In this document: positions 1 through 12,199 of the stretch, in pieces
Layout: the number at the start of each line of letters is the position of its first letter
Numbering within the stretch: the first letter of the stretch is position 1
Assembly: GCA_051530055.1 (NCBI GenBank)
Contig: CM121342.1
Coordinates: 10,245,480-10,309,479, forward strand
DNA length: 64,000 nucleotides
Direction of reading: 5' to 3'
From: Neoechinorhynchus agilis
Taxonomy: Eukaryota > Animalia > Acanthocephala
The notes under the pieces: generated by a model
Seen by the model: the letters and a program-made list of their open reading frames with translations, nothing else
Told to the model about the DNA's origin: nothing
Database searches by the model: none
Program-made: the position numbers and the translations under genes

Positions 1-5
1 TCTCA

Positions 6-36
6 ATATTTCGTCCGTCTCGTCGGACCTCTTCAG
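6..36 (-). ncRNA. Minimal hammerhead-ribozyme-like core (Penelope pLTR type), cut by the window edge
   Basis: Minus strand reads CTGAAGA-G-GTCCG-acgaga-CGGAC-GAAA-TAT-T: core boxes, 5-bp stem II, palindromic ATAT stem III. Stem I cannot be verified. Confidence 0.6.
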
Positions 37-959
37 GTTGCTTGTAAGTTACTAAAAAAATCAATATTAAAAAATCTATAGACCATTAAAAAATTATAAT
101 AAAGGATAAAAACATTCAAATCCATTTTTGCTAATTTATTCTTTAAATAAAAATTTCACAGAGTGATGGCACTTTGCACGGACAGAAATTCGATTTTATT
201 GAACGTACTAATTCGGATATTAAAGACTAAAAACGTAACTAAAACTTGAAAGTCAAACTCATTGAATTACGTAATCAGGGAAATAATTAATCGCAGGCGC
301 TAATGAGAAATAGCAACAACTTTCAGCGAAAAATTCATCAAGTACGAAGTGAAGCACTATGTCGAATTTCTATACGAAAGAAATGTTTAAGATTTTTGAT
401 TGATGATATATTTTTTTGGAATAGTAAACTATTTTTTTTCTTTGATTCAATCAGTTTTAGTTACAATTTATTCCTGTGAACTTCTTGACGTTGCCAGTAT
501 ACTGGCAGCGTTCCCTCATGATATGACATCACTCAACGTTAAAAAATTAATTATGAATTTTTTTAGAACACATTGATTTCGTTATATTTTAATGTCGGAA
601 AGCAATGTTCTTTTACAAAAAAAGAATAAAATCATGTGAACTCTTTATTCTTGAAGACTTGATTAAAGATTTAAAAAAAACGATAATCTTTCCAATCTCA
701 TTCGAGAGCTTAACGGGTAACCGGCTTCAAAACGTAGTGAATATTTCAAATGTTTAAATGTTTTTTGATTTTAAAGTTGATGCACCTTCAAACGTTCCTT
801 TTTTTAGATTCTTAGTGTTCTTAGGCACAAAATTATTCAAATACTTTTAATCAATTTATAAATCAATCGAATATTAAGCATTTAAGCTTATATTTTGCAA
901 AATATTCTACGGGACGAAAACACAGTTTTTCTGTTCGTCATATAAATGCTCAATTGGTT

Positions 960-3770
960 TTTAATAAAATTTGAAGTATGGTGTGGTCATAATAACCCAA
1001 CCCCGATTAAACCCGGTACCGGTCCCAAGCCCGGATAAATGGGGAGGGTTGGTGTTAGGAAGGGCATCCGACCACTTTGTGTTGGCAAATAAACTTCGCA
1101 TCACGAACACTTACTTTAAGAAAGAAGAACGACAATTTGTGACTTACAGCATCGGCGGCGCGAAGAAAACGCAAATAGACTATATCCTCTATCCACAAGA
1201 AAAAGTGAAATACGTAAAAACTATACCTGGAGAGATGTGCGCTTCGGAACACCGTTTACTGTTCATAGACCTGGAGATCTAGAACATCAAAAGACCCAAA
1301 TGAAGGATGCCTAGTAAAATCAAATGGTGGCTACTTGATCAAACTCTATATCGCGAGGAAAACAAGAAGCAGGTCATCAGCATTCTAAATCACGACATTG
1401 AGGTTACGAACGGATGGTGGATTAAATCGGCAGAGGAAATTCATAGAATAGGCAGAGAAACCCTTGGAATAACCACAGATAGAAAAGGACCGAAACAAGA
1501 AACATGGTGGTGGAACGACGAGTTGCAAAGGGCGATAGCAGACAAAGAGAGTGCGAAAAAAGAAAATGCGACAAAAAGAGCTAAGAAAGCTGTGGGGATA
1601 GGGAAGCAAGAGGTGAATTCAATCTTCTATTCAAAGCAGGAGGGCAGCTGAGTGATCCAGAGCGATGGTGTGAATGATTTCATGACATTTATGATTAATT
1701 TAAAAAATGTTTGTTTAAAGGAAAATTTATGATTAAAAAACAATGTCATATGTGTTCAAAGTGTCGACGATCAAAGATCAAGGATCGAAGGACATTACGG
1801 AGGCAAAGCAAATTAAGGACAAGGATCGGAACATTTTGAGCCTAAAAGAAGTTAAGAAAGGTGGAGATAATACGTAGATCAACTGCTGAACAGTAAAAAT
1901 GGAGCAGAAATAGTGGAAGAGCAGGAACCTAACGAAGGATTAGTCAACGCAATATCAGAGGTCGAAGTTAATACAGCATTTTCCAAGATGAAAAACGGGA
2001 AAGCGACGGGCCCAGATGAAATACCCATAGAGGTCTGGAAAGTGCTTGAAGTTGATGCTGTTTCACTATTAACAAATCTCTTCAAGCGAATACTCACTAC
2101 TGAAAAGATGCCAGACAAATGGAGGCGGAGAACACTGGTACCGATATACAAACAGAGAGCAGATGTCAGAGCTTGTTCAAGCCATCGAGGAATCAAATTG
2201 TTAAGCCACACCATGAAGCTATAATAATAACACATTTATTGTTGTTCAAAGAAAGCGTATCCGTTAGGATATGAATATCTAGTCGAGGGATGTCCGTTCG
2301 GGAGGTAATATCTGGTCGGAGGGATGCCTATTCGGGTAGGAACTATCCAGCCGGTGACGGTTCGTTGGGGTGAGAAAGTGTCCGTTGGACTGAGAACATC
2401 CGTTTAGGTTGGAATGTCCGTTCTGGTGGGAATTGGTGTTTATTGCTTACAGGAGCGCTTGTAAGGTTGATCTTTCCTCAGGATTGGGCAGCATGGGAAA
2501 AGGAGCGTAGGTATAGGGAGGTGCGAGGTCAAGGGAGGATGAAACGAATTAGAATTACGAGTGTTGTGCTCGTGTTAAAAGGGGCGATATGTGAAAGAAA
2601 TTGTGGTGGTAGGGTTGAGAGGCATTTTGTTTGTTTTATGAAAATAGCATCAAGGCATTCGGTGAGAGGGGAAAGTCAACTGCGTAAATTTTTAGATGCT
2701 CTTTTATGAAGAATTTCAAGACGAAGGATTTGAGATTTAGAAAGGTTACAAAATATGAGGTAACCGTGAGGTATAGAAGGATAAAGCAGTAAAATTTGTA
2801 GAGATCGGGTGAAGGGATTCCTAAATGTTAGAGGCGCTTGAGGAGACAAATTTTAAGTGTTGTGCTTGAGGGAGAGAGTGATGTGCGAGTCCCATTTCAA
2901 ATTTGATTGAAATTAGAGACCCAGAATTCTTAGGGAGGTTACTCATAGGATGTCATTTAGAAGCTCAGGGGAAGATGTGGGGTTGCGGGAGAGGGGATAA
3001 TTTCGAAGAATTTAGAGAAATTGAAATGGAGTTTGTGATTGGTGCAGAACGTCTGCGGAGCGAAATGCCCATATCGGAGGCGCAGAGAGGATTTATGCCC
3101 AGCAGAAATAGTACCGAAGGTGCATTCACGTTACGCCAGTTATATTGAAAATGCTATTAAAAACGAAGGGAAATACATAGCGTGTTCATCGACCTCGAAA
3201 AGGCCTATGACACTGTCTCTAGAAGACTTGTATGGAACTGTCTTAGAAGAAAACTCTGCCCGAGAATTATATCACGGCGATTTAGGAAATGTACATGCAG
3301 AGCAAAGTGAATATAAGAACGGCAGTTGGTAATACGGATAGCTTCTCGGTGAACGTAGGATTGCATCAAAGTTCGGCTTTGAACCCTTATTTGGTTGTAG
3401 TCACTATGGATGAAATCAGCAAACCGATCAGTAAAGGTCCGCCACGGAACATGCTTTTCACCGACGACATCGTCCTCTCCAGCTATAATTCCCCGATGCA
3501 AAACGATATTACTGCCGAGATTTCATCAAGAATAAATAGCTGATGGATGAGGTGCAAAAGCTTAACTGGGATCTTGTGTGATAGCAAGTGCATCGGGTGT
3601 TGAAAGGTAGAGTCTACAAGATGGCAATCAGACCAGTTAGGTTATATGGGGCGGAGACATGGAACACCACTGCCAATCACATCAAGCGAATAGGCAAGAC
3701 ATGATCCAAATAATGCGATCTGGGGTTCAGCGAAGGTGGAGGGCGTGAAGGAAGCTATCGCGAAACGGAG
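960..3770 (+). mobile_element. Decayed RTE-clade non-LTR retrotransposon (APE + RT), interrupted by an L2-like insertion
   Basis: APE remnants NTYFKK...TY...TQIDYIL and ETWWWN; RT remnants KMKNGKATGPDEIPIEVWK, RGIKLLSHTMKL, GFMP, FIDLEKAYDTV, VGLHQSSALNPYL, LFTDDIVL, KGRVYKMAIRP; many stops and frameshifts. Confidence 0.9.
2221..3045 (-). mobile_element. 5'-truncated L2/CR1-group LINE with intact 3' end, nested in the RTE element
   Basis: RTE frame breaks after HTMKL and resumes at ERLRSEM; insert encodes RILGLxFQSNLKWDSHI and ends AATAAAtgtg(TTA)n on the minus strand; its 3' UTR matches 56350-56550. Confidence 0.8.
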
Positions 3771-3779
3771 GATCAAATG

Positions 3780-4600
3780 GAGCGATATGATGCAAAGTTG
3801 AAGAGCCGAATCGATTTATTCGAAAAGTTCAAGAAATGGAAATCGAAGGGACCAGGAGGGGCGGAAGGCCCAGAAAACGATGAAAAGATTGTGTGGCTGG
3901 GAACCGACGTTTGGGAGAAAAACGGAGCTGAGGGGATATGTAGAATCGTAGGACTGCAAATTTTTATGCGACCCCGAGAAGGGAAAAGCATGAAGAAAGT
4001 TGTTGTTGGTGTGTATTTTATTGATATGAAATATTTCGAAGAGTCAGTCATTGCTTTTTTAGTATTTACGATAATTTTATCATCCCGAGCTGATTTTCCC
4101 TCTAAGGTTACGAAAATAACGGCTTGAGAGTGATATTAGACAATTTAAGAAAGATTTACGTTGGAGAGCTTATCAATAAAATTTAATGGCGTTTTAGTGT
4201 TTAACGGGTACATAGATGACCTTATAAAAATAATAAAGAAGAGATCGGCTTGCGAGGAAAGTATTTGTTTAGGATATAATTAATTATGGCATAAATCTTT
4301 CAAAATGCAAACGAAAATGTTCATATTGTTTCGTTGGAGTCAAGGGGAAAGTTGAGTCTTATTACTTTTCTTCTCTGATTCAACGTTCGGTTACAGATTC
4401 TCTGTACGATTACTAACAAAAAAGGAGAAATCCATAAGTAAGAAGATTAATGATGACTCATTAAATCCTTAATAGAAGTCGCAGGCGTTTGAGGTAAATT
4501 TTAAAGGTATTGGGTTTGGGGGAAAGTGTAATGCGCGAGTCCCATTTCAGATTTGATTGAAATTGGAGACCCAGAATTCTGAGGAAAGTGACTCGTAGGA
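3780..4600 (-). mobile_element. L2/CR1-group LINE fragments
   Basis: 4480-4600 is homologous to 2860-2960 (gcgagtcccatttca...ttgattgaaatt...gacccagaattc); same purine-rich plus strand. Confidence 0.6.
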
Positions 4601-4619
4601 TATAAACACGTTTCATTTA

Positions 4620-7600
4620 TGTAAAAAATGCAGGATCCACACACTTGTCAGCATCTATCTTTGCTAAACGGTGTATGGATGACGGATGTTGAAGGCAAGG
4701 GAGGTGGGACTTGTTTTTGAAAGGGTGTTGATGTGCGATCGGAGGCTTTGCAAAGGAGATAACAGATTAGGAGTCTTTCCTTGTTCTCCGGTTATTAAGG
4801 AAAGATTGGGCTTGGGGGAAGAAAGATTTTTGGTAGAGGGTGGTACGAGCGAAGGGGGATGAAAAAGGTTGGGGTTACGGGTGTTTACGAGGGAAGAGTA
4901 TTTAGAGATGAGGGAATAAAATTGTGGAGGGGGTTGAAGAAGGTGGAGGGTGTTTTTGGAGAAAATAGAGTGGAGGTGGGCGTCAAGGGGAGGGAGTGAA
5001 GTAACGCATATTCTCGCTGCTCTCTTGTGGAAGGTCTCGAGGGAATGGAGAGCTTTGACGGAGAGGGCGAGGCAATTGGGGAAAGCGTATGTAAGGATAG
5101 GAAGGGTGGCAGAAGGATGAAAGTGAGCAACGTGTTTAGGGGATACGCCGAGACGCCGGAGGAGTTTGAGAAGGTAAAGACGAGGGTTTGCTTTTGAGAG
5201 GGTAACTGAAATGTGGGCATCCCATTTAAGGTTTTCTTGGAAAGTCATGCCCAGTATTCGGACAGAAGAGGAGCGTTAGATGGGGAGGGGTAGAGGCGCG
5301 GGGATAAGCTTGCGTTTGGTAATGTGGGCGACAAGCTCAGAAGATTTGGATAAATTTAGGGAGAGGTTTAGGGTGGAGAGCGAGGAAATGAGATGGTTGA
5401 GCTCGTCCATGGTTGTGGAGAGGGAGAGAGAGGGAGATGCGATGGAAATGACTGTGAGGTCATCTGCATAAAGAAAATATATGGTAGAGGGAGCGAGGGG
5501 ATGGAGGTCATTTAGAAAAATGTCAAAGAGGAGAGGGAAAAGTACGGCGCCTCGGGGGACCCCTTTAAATATGGGCAGAGAGGAAGAACAAGAAATTCCA
5601 CATTGGATATATTGTTCGCAGTTGGAGAGGAAAGAGGAAATCCAAGCGAGTTGCGAAGTCGGGAGGCCAAAGGAAGCACATGATTGGAGGAGAAGGGAGT
5701 GATCTACCGACTTGAACGCCTTCGAAATATTCAGTTGCACGAGACGGACGGTTGATGCTGGACTGAAATCTAAGCTGCGCACAAGCGTATCGTAAATGCA
5801 GTGGAGGGCGTAAGAACTAGAGTAATTGGGACGGAAAGCGAATTAGGAAGGGGAGATGTTTTTGAGGAAGAAGGGAAGTAGGCGGGTTTTAAAAAATTTT
5901 TCTAAGGTTTTAGAGAAAGGTGAGAGGATAGAGATGGGACGAAAGGATGTGGGGGAAATCGGTTTATCGTTTTTGGGTAGTGGGACGATACGAGCTTCCT
6001 TAAGACGCGATGGTAAAGGGCCCAGTAGAAAGCTAAGGTTCGTTAAGTGCGTTAGAGGATCGATAAGTTCCGGGATGATGAGACGAATGGCCCAATTTGG
6101 GATAGTCGAATTAGGGGAAGAATGGCGGGGCAGGCGTTTAAGGATCTCTAGGATTTCGAGAGGAGAAACTAAAGAAGGGCATGTATGAATGGGCGGGTCA
6201 AAAAGTGAGGAGGGAGGTTGGGACAATGGATGAGAGGTTTGGGGAGGACAGAGGTTTTTATTCATGGGGTTAAGGATTGAGAGGAGATCAGATTTGGGGA
6301 GAGATGCGAAGGGGTGGATCTACCAAGACCAGTGGCATTTTTTATTTCACGCCACCAGTTTCGATTGGAACGGACGAGCGACGAGATGAGAAAAATAATT
6401 TGCGGGCTATACGGATGCGTTTTGTCAGTGTGGAGTGGAGGGAGGGGTAAGCAGGATTACCTGACCGGAAAGCTTTGGTGACCTGGATTTGAAGGGCTTT
6501 AGAAAAGGCGAGAACCATGGAGGGTCACGGTTCGAGATTCGTATTGTTTTGCGAGGAAAAGAGGCCTTCATCTCAGATTCTATTAGATTTAACAAAGAGC
6601 CCATTGCAATCGAGGGGTCGGGGCCAAAGATGGTAGAGCGGTTTTGCGTGATAAGAGCATTGACACATGCAGCAAGGGCGTGGGTATGATGATCAAGTTT
6701 ATCCCAGACAACGTAGGGTCGGAAAAGGAACGTTTTTGAGGTGATGAGGGGGAGAGAAGGTTGGAACAATGGTCGGACGAGTCGATCGGGGGTGTTGAAG
6801 TGTGTTGGGGATATTTGAAGAAGGAGGGCGATGGAGGCCAGCGATAGAGATCTCACGTTGGCCATTGAGGAGGGGGGGATTAAGTTCGATGTGAAGCCAT
6901 TCAAAATCGTCGGAGATGAAAAGGTAGGGTGAAGAGCAATGGTAAGGGAGAGAGGCGCAGATGAATATCGATATGTCTCCCCCGTTTTGGAAGTCCCTTG
7001 TGAGGTGAAAAGCTTAAAAGTTTGGAAGGAAGGCAGATAATTTACTATGGGGTGAGAGCCATGATTGCGTGATTGCAAGGATGTCGGCGTTGCAAGAAGA
7101 GGCCACTATATGGTGCTCATCCAGTTTGGGGAGGAGGCTGCGGATGTTAGAATAAAAGATTATTGAAAAGGGATATTTAGAAGGGACATGAGGGGTGGAC
7201 ACTGACGGAGAGGGGTAAAGCTGCGTAGAGAGAAGGGATGGGAGTTGACCGATGGGGTACTTCGGGGGTAATGGAATCGTGGGTGGACACTGTAGTGAGG
7301 GGTGATTTGAGTGTAGAGGCCATAAGGGTGGGAACTGCGTATGCGGGATGAACTCTGGGGGAAAGAGGATATTGGGAGTTGAAGAGGTGGTGGTAAAAGG
7401 TGAGGTAGTGTGCGCGTCCAAGGTATTTTTCGCTTCTGGGGGGCGAAGCGAAAATTTCCGGATTTGGTAGGGTTCGGAATAGTGGTTTTAGGCAGATGAG
7501 AGATGAGTGGAGGCAAGGATGAGAGGGGTTTAGGAGGAGTTAGTTTACGAGGCGAGGGATGCTTAATGTAGTCGTTGAAGGATGGTAGGGGTGTGTGCTT

Positions 7601-8230
7601 TTTACTAGAAAATCGAGGTACAGGAGAGGAGGTACTAGGTTTTGATGGGGTTAATGCTGAAACGTAATAATAGAAGGATGGGGGGGTTTATGGTTTTTTC
7701 TAGCAGTACGGGGTGCTAGAAAGGAGATGGGGGATTTAGATGAGGCCGAGGAGGAGGGGGGTTCGGTTTTAATAATGGAGCAGAGTGAGACTTAGAGTGC
7801 AGGGACGAGGGAAGAGGGTTATGCGAGATGATATGAACGGAATTAAGGAAGGGTGAAGATTGTTGAGAAGTAGAATTTGAGTGTGGAGAGAAGTCTTGGA
7901 GGGCGGAGACAGCAAAGGGTGGGTTGAAAGGATTTCGAGAGTGAAGCGAGGGAGAAGAGGAGGTTTGAGGTGGGGAAACTGAAGATAGATGGGGTTGGTT
8001 TTTTGGGGTTTTGGGAGCGGTTAGGGTTTGAATGGTTATGGGGAAGGGGGAAACCGGAGAACAAGGTTTGAGCAAGGCGGCTGCACAGAAACCACAAATG
8101 AATTTTCGGCCTGCTGCCCAAGTAGCTGAGACGGATATTTGAGTTGTAACAGGGCAATCTTCCATGTCGCAGGGAACGAGCTTGGTGGTTGGGCGCTTTG
8201 GCCTCGGCATTTTTTGCAAGTGTTTACGAC
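4620..8230 (-). mobile_element. Near full-length inactive L2/CR1-group LINE (PHD-like ORF1, APE, RT)
   Basis: ORF1 7716-8219 with a Cys cluster (PCDMEDC...FICGFC); APE start YSNIRSLLPK...DILAITQSWL; RT motifs ARIVPLPK, FRPISILSPFSKTLEK, SKAFKSVDH, GVPRGAVLFPLLF, YADD, LKWDAHI...KANPRLYLL; frameshifted and motif-degenerate. Confidence 0.88.
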
Positions 8231-8420
8231 GTTAGATCGTGTGACGACTTTGATCGTGTGACGACGTTAATCGTGTGGCGACGTTGATCGTGTGACGGCG
8301 TTGATGCTCACAGATTTGTTTGCAAGTGTTTACGACGTTAGATCGTGTGGCGACGTTGATCGTGTGACAAAGAAAATATTCGATGATGTGTGACGACATT
8401 GATCGTATCGTTGATGACAA
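8210..8420. repeat. ~17-bp tandem repeat (gacgttgatcgtgtgac) at the LINE 5' end, with a block duplication
   Basis: Repeated cgacgttgatcgtgtg units; tttgcaagtgtttacgacgttagatcgtgtg occurs at ~8213 and ~8320. Confidence 0.85.
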
Positions 8421-8429
8421 ACTAATGGT

Positions 8430-9040
8430 ACGTTTTTAAACGTTGACGAGAGGGAGGACGTTTACGGGAGAGATGACGTTGACGTTCACGAGAGAGAGGA
8501 CGTTGACAGAGAGGAGATCGGAATAGGATGTGGGGTTGCGGGAAAATGAAGAGATCATTTCGAAGCATTTGGAGAAATTCGGGTAGAGTTTGTAATTGGT
8601 GCAGAATTTCTTTCATATGGATGATTTCGTTAGAGGTTAAGGAGAGGGAGAGGTGGACTGGTGATTGAGTGACGAGGGTGAGTGTCTGCATATAAGAAAA
8701 GTTTAGAGTGAGAGGAGATAGGTTTGAAGTCGTTTAGGAAGATATTAAAGAGAATTGGTGACAGCACAGCACCTTGAGGTACACCTTTGGTGTGGGATAG
8801 GCTGATAGAGGAGGTAGAACGGCAGTGAATGTATTGATTGCGACTGTGACGATTAGATTCGAGCCAGAGGATCTGGCACTCATTTGAACCGAAGTCGTAA
8901 CAGGCCTGGAGGAGTAGTCTACGGAGTCGAATGCTTTTGAAAGGTCCAGTGGAATGAGACTGGTGAGGTGAAAGGGATTATTGTCGAGGTTGCGTAGGAG
9001 GGTCTAATAAATGAAATGTAGAACGATGCAACACTGCTTT
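8430..9040 (-). mobile_element. Second L2/CR1-group RT fragment
   Basis: LDLSKAFDSVD and GVPQG-like remnants on the minus strand; same composition as the main copy. Confidence 0.7.
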
Positions 9041-9499
9041 CTGAATCGCTGATTCTCCGATAAAAATAGTTGGCTGCACTGTGTGTTGTTGCGACTAACC
9101 ATTTTTCAAGGTTAAAAATTCTGCGGTGTTTGGCCCGACGGCACCAATTGTGTCAATAGTGCGAGAGGTTGGAAAATGTAGATTGGCGGATCGAAGCATT
9201 TTGCATTTGTAAACATTTCGTGGGATGAATGAAATCTTTATTACTGACCGCTTGTATTTCTACACCGACCTTTATTTGTCCCAATCTTTAAGCTCAATAA
9301 AATATGCTAAAAATCGTGACCATAAATGTTTAGGATAATAGAACCATATCTTTAAGAGGACTATTTCTCCCAATGAAGATAAAAGATTCTCTACAATGCA
9401 CCTTAAGAAAAAACACAAGTATGAACTTTAAAATCTAGAACCGTTTTACCTTCAACTTTAATTTCTGCCCAAAAAATGTCAACTACTAAAGTTTTCTGA

Positions 9500-10860
9500 A
9501 GCAGAAGAGTCTGGATCACTGAGCTGTCGTCCTAGGACGGATACAGTGTTCCCCGTTGTATGCAGGAGGAATGCTCCTGCCCTCGAACCGTCAGTGATTC
9601 GTCTCAGTCTCTTTTATAATTTATTTACCAGTTCCTAAGCCGCGGTACCGAACAATCCGAATGTCTCGACACCAAGAGGAAACGAAATAATAATTTCGAC
9701 TCAAGTCGCATTATTTTGTCTTTTTGCGGTCCTCAGCGGCGGTTACTGCTTCCCCGGGTTAGACAGCGGCAAATTTTATGTTACTGTCGATGGGAAGCCG
9801 ACAAAGATTGCTCGGTGGGCACGACTAAGAATTGCGTTCACTTGTAAATTTCGCCTGATTGCTGACAGACGAGACCATGGCGTCCCGATGGCTCCGCGGT
9901 CGCTCCGCAACAGCAGCGATGGGATGTGCACATCAGTACCCCAAGTCTCAGGGACACCACAATCCTTACTGTAAAGAAATTATTCATTATAGTTTCAGTT
10001 TCAATCAGCGATGTTTGATTAAGAAAATAGATTTATCTTGAAAATTTTCGGCCTTTTCGTTGGCCTTCTTCAGTCAATCTACAATTTAAAAGAAGCATGG
10101 TCAAATAGTGTATCCGGTGGGACTCGCAGACCGAGTTTGTAGTCAGCTTTGTTGACAACAAAAGTACCTGTTTGCTGGATAATGATGGCTTCCACAGTCA
10201 CTCGGTCGCGTCTTACGTCACTCCTCGCAAGAACCTCGATGCCATCAAAATTGATTTCATGCCCACTGCCATTGATGTGGGACACTGTCGCCGAGCTCAC
10301 ATCAGACTTTTTGATAGTTGTTCTTCTGTGTTCAGCAATCCTCCTATTTAGATAGTTAGTCTGTCATCAAACATCGCTAATTGAAACTGAAATCCTTACT
10401 GTCACGTCGGAGAGAAGGGTACCCACAGAAGCGATTGGGATAACGTTGAACCTAGCACCCGATTATCTTGTAGAGGCTGTCGCCAATCGAGTTCGGCTCA
10501 CCAGGTTACGAGAATCTGAAATTAAAGAGTTGTGAATTCTCGTGGTACCTGCTCGCTACCGGAATCTTCACACCAAAAATTAACAACCTCCACGAATTCT
10601 TCATCCAAAATATAATTCTCGCCAAGAAAATACTGAACTATTTTGCAACTTGCTTCATACGATCCCAAATAAGGTGGCAGAGGAATATCTGCTACTCTTC
10701 GGATACCCAAACCGTCGGACGACTCAGGCAAGGACGCTTGATGCCAGGCCTCGTCCGGCAGCTGAGTATTTAAAATTTTCTCGAGAGAGGCTTTTACCCT
10801 CTCGTCCTATTTTGCCAGCTTCTCCTTGTCCAAAAAAGGCGTTGTGCTGAGCTTATAAAG
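9500..10860 (-). mobile_element. CRE-like (RLE-type) non-LTR retrotransposon 3' fragment, split by a Penelope-derived insert
   Basis: DGLGIRRVADIPLPPYL (10522-10731); across the insert GTLLSDVTVRI/VVSLRLG..CTSHRCCCG..SGRHGLVC (zinc knuckle) and a C-terminal IQRG motif. Confidence 0.75.
9973..10390 (-). mobile_element. Penelope-like element 3' fragment (GIY-YIG C-terminus + pLTR with hammerhead-like core), with short 5' inversion and 12-nt target duplication
   Basis: ORF 10079-10300 (H...GHEINFDGIEVLAR...R...EAIII); CTGAAGA-A-GGCC-aacgaaaa-GGCC-GAAA at 10037-10077; aatccttactgt repeated at 9961-9972 and 10391-10402; cagtttcaat(c/t)agcgatgtttga inverted at both ends. Confidence 0.8.
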
Positions 10861-11339
10861 AAATGTTTGAACGAAGAAGGAATAATTCATAAAATCGTTC
10901 ACACAGCGAAATTTTAATTCAAAGATCTATTTATTGACTGCAGATCCAAATTAATTTTTCATAAGTTGAATATCTTCATCAAGTTTGAGAATTCAACATT
11001 ATCCTTAATTATTTGAAAATCGCAGAGTACTAACACGTTACATTTCTATTACTGCACTTTATAAAGATTTAAATTTCATCAATTAAACCTTCGAATGATG
11101 AGTTATGATGACATGAGTGAAAGCAAATAAATATTATTGTTTCCTCTGTAGTTTAAAAAAAATCCGAACGCTACAATAGAGCTATTATTTTCTTAGTGAC
11201 TTTTATTTGCAATCGTGGAATTTCAAGCTAACGAACGAGCATATAAATCGCTTTTAGTTTAGCGCAAAAAGATTTTTTCAACTTTAAACCAATTTATTGT
11301 TGTGAAGGGGGGAAATTATATATCCAAGAATCACTTTAA

Positions 11340-11380
11340 TTGAAATATTTCGTCCAATCACGCTGGACTTCTTCAGTAAA
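11340..11380 (-). ncRNA. Hammerhead-like core in an inverted pLTR remnant 5' of a Penelope RT
   Basis: CTGAAGA-A-GTCCA-gcgtgat-TGGAC-GAAA-TAT-T on the minus strand. Confidence 0.65.
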
Positions 11381-11399
11381 TTATCTGAAAAGGAATTTG

Positions 11400-12119
11400 G
11401 CAACCTCAATGTCTTATCAGGAGGTATCCTCAACTTTAGGGAATAATCTGTCTTGTTTTCCTCGAAAGTATCTGTTGACCAAGGTACACAAATGTCCGAT
11501 TAAGTTCAGACCAATAGTTGCGGCTCATACATCATTTTGCTCAAGTTTGTCTAGAAAACTGGCTGTGATGCTTCGTCAGAGAATGGAACGGGGTGCAAAT
11601 GTAGTATGCTCTGGAAAGGCTTTCATTGGTCGACTTAAGACGTCGTGGGACTCGCGTTCTATCATGGTATCGGCAGATGTGGTTTCATTATTTACAAATA
11701 TCCCTGTAGATACTGCTATCGAACTGGCTATACCTATCCTACGGACCTATGATAATTGGAAGCTTTTGATCACTGATTGGAGGAAACTCTTGAGTTTCTG
11801 CACCAAATTTTCGAACTTCCAATTTGAAGGAAGAGATTTTGATCAGGTGAATGGTGTAGCGATGGGCAGCCCTCTTGCACCGGTGCTCGCTGAGTTATAC
11901 ATGCGGCAGTGGGAAGAGAAATACCTACCCACAATTCCTGGAATCTCATTATGGGTCCGATATGTGGACGACACATTTATTCTCCGTGATCGTTCTGACT
12001 ATGCCTCCATGCACGTGCAGAACTACCTCCATGCTAAAGATCCACACATTCAATGGTCGACCGATGTTGAGACTGACGGGGACGAAATATTTCAATTAAA
12101 GTGGTTCTTGGATATATAA
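11400..12119 (+). mobile_element. Penelope-like element RT fragment
   Basis: KVHK.PIKFRPIVA, SADVVSLFTNIPV, FQFEG...QVNGVAMGSPLAPVLAELYM, WVRYVDDTF; ends before the endonuclease. Confidence 0.92.
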
Positions 12120-12199
12120 TTTCTCCACTTTCACATACTCGTGGATTTTATCCTTAAAAATTTATTGTTCACTATTCTCAAATTATCTTTTTTTTAACA

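Noticed and set aside
3777-8157. Plus-strand and alternative-frame ORFs over the LINE (for example 5280-5471, 5856-6188, 7843-8157)
   Set aside because: By-products of the strong strand skew of the retroelement.
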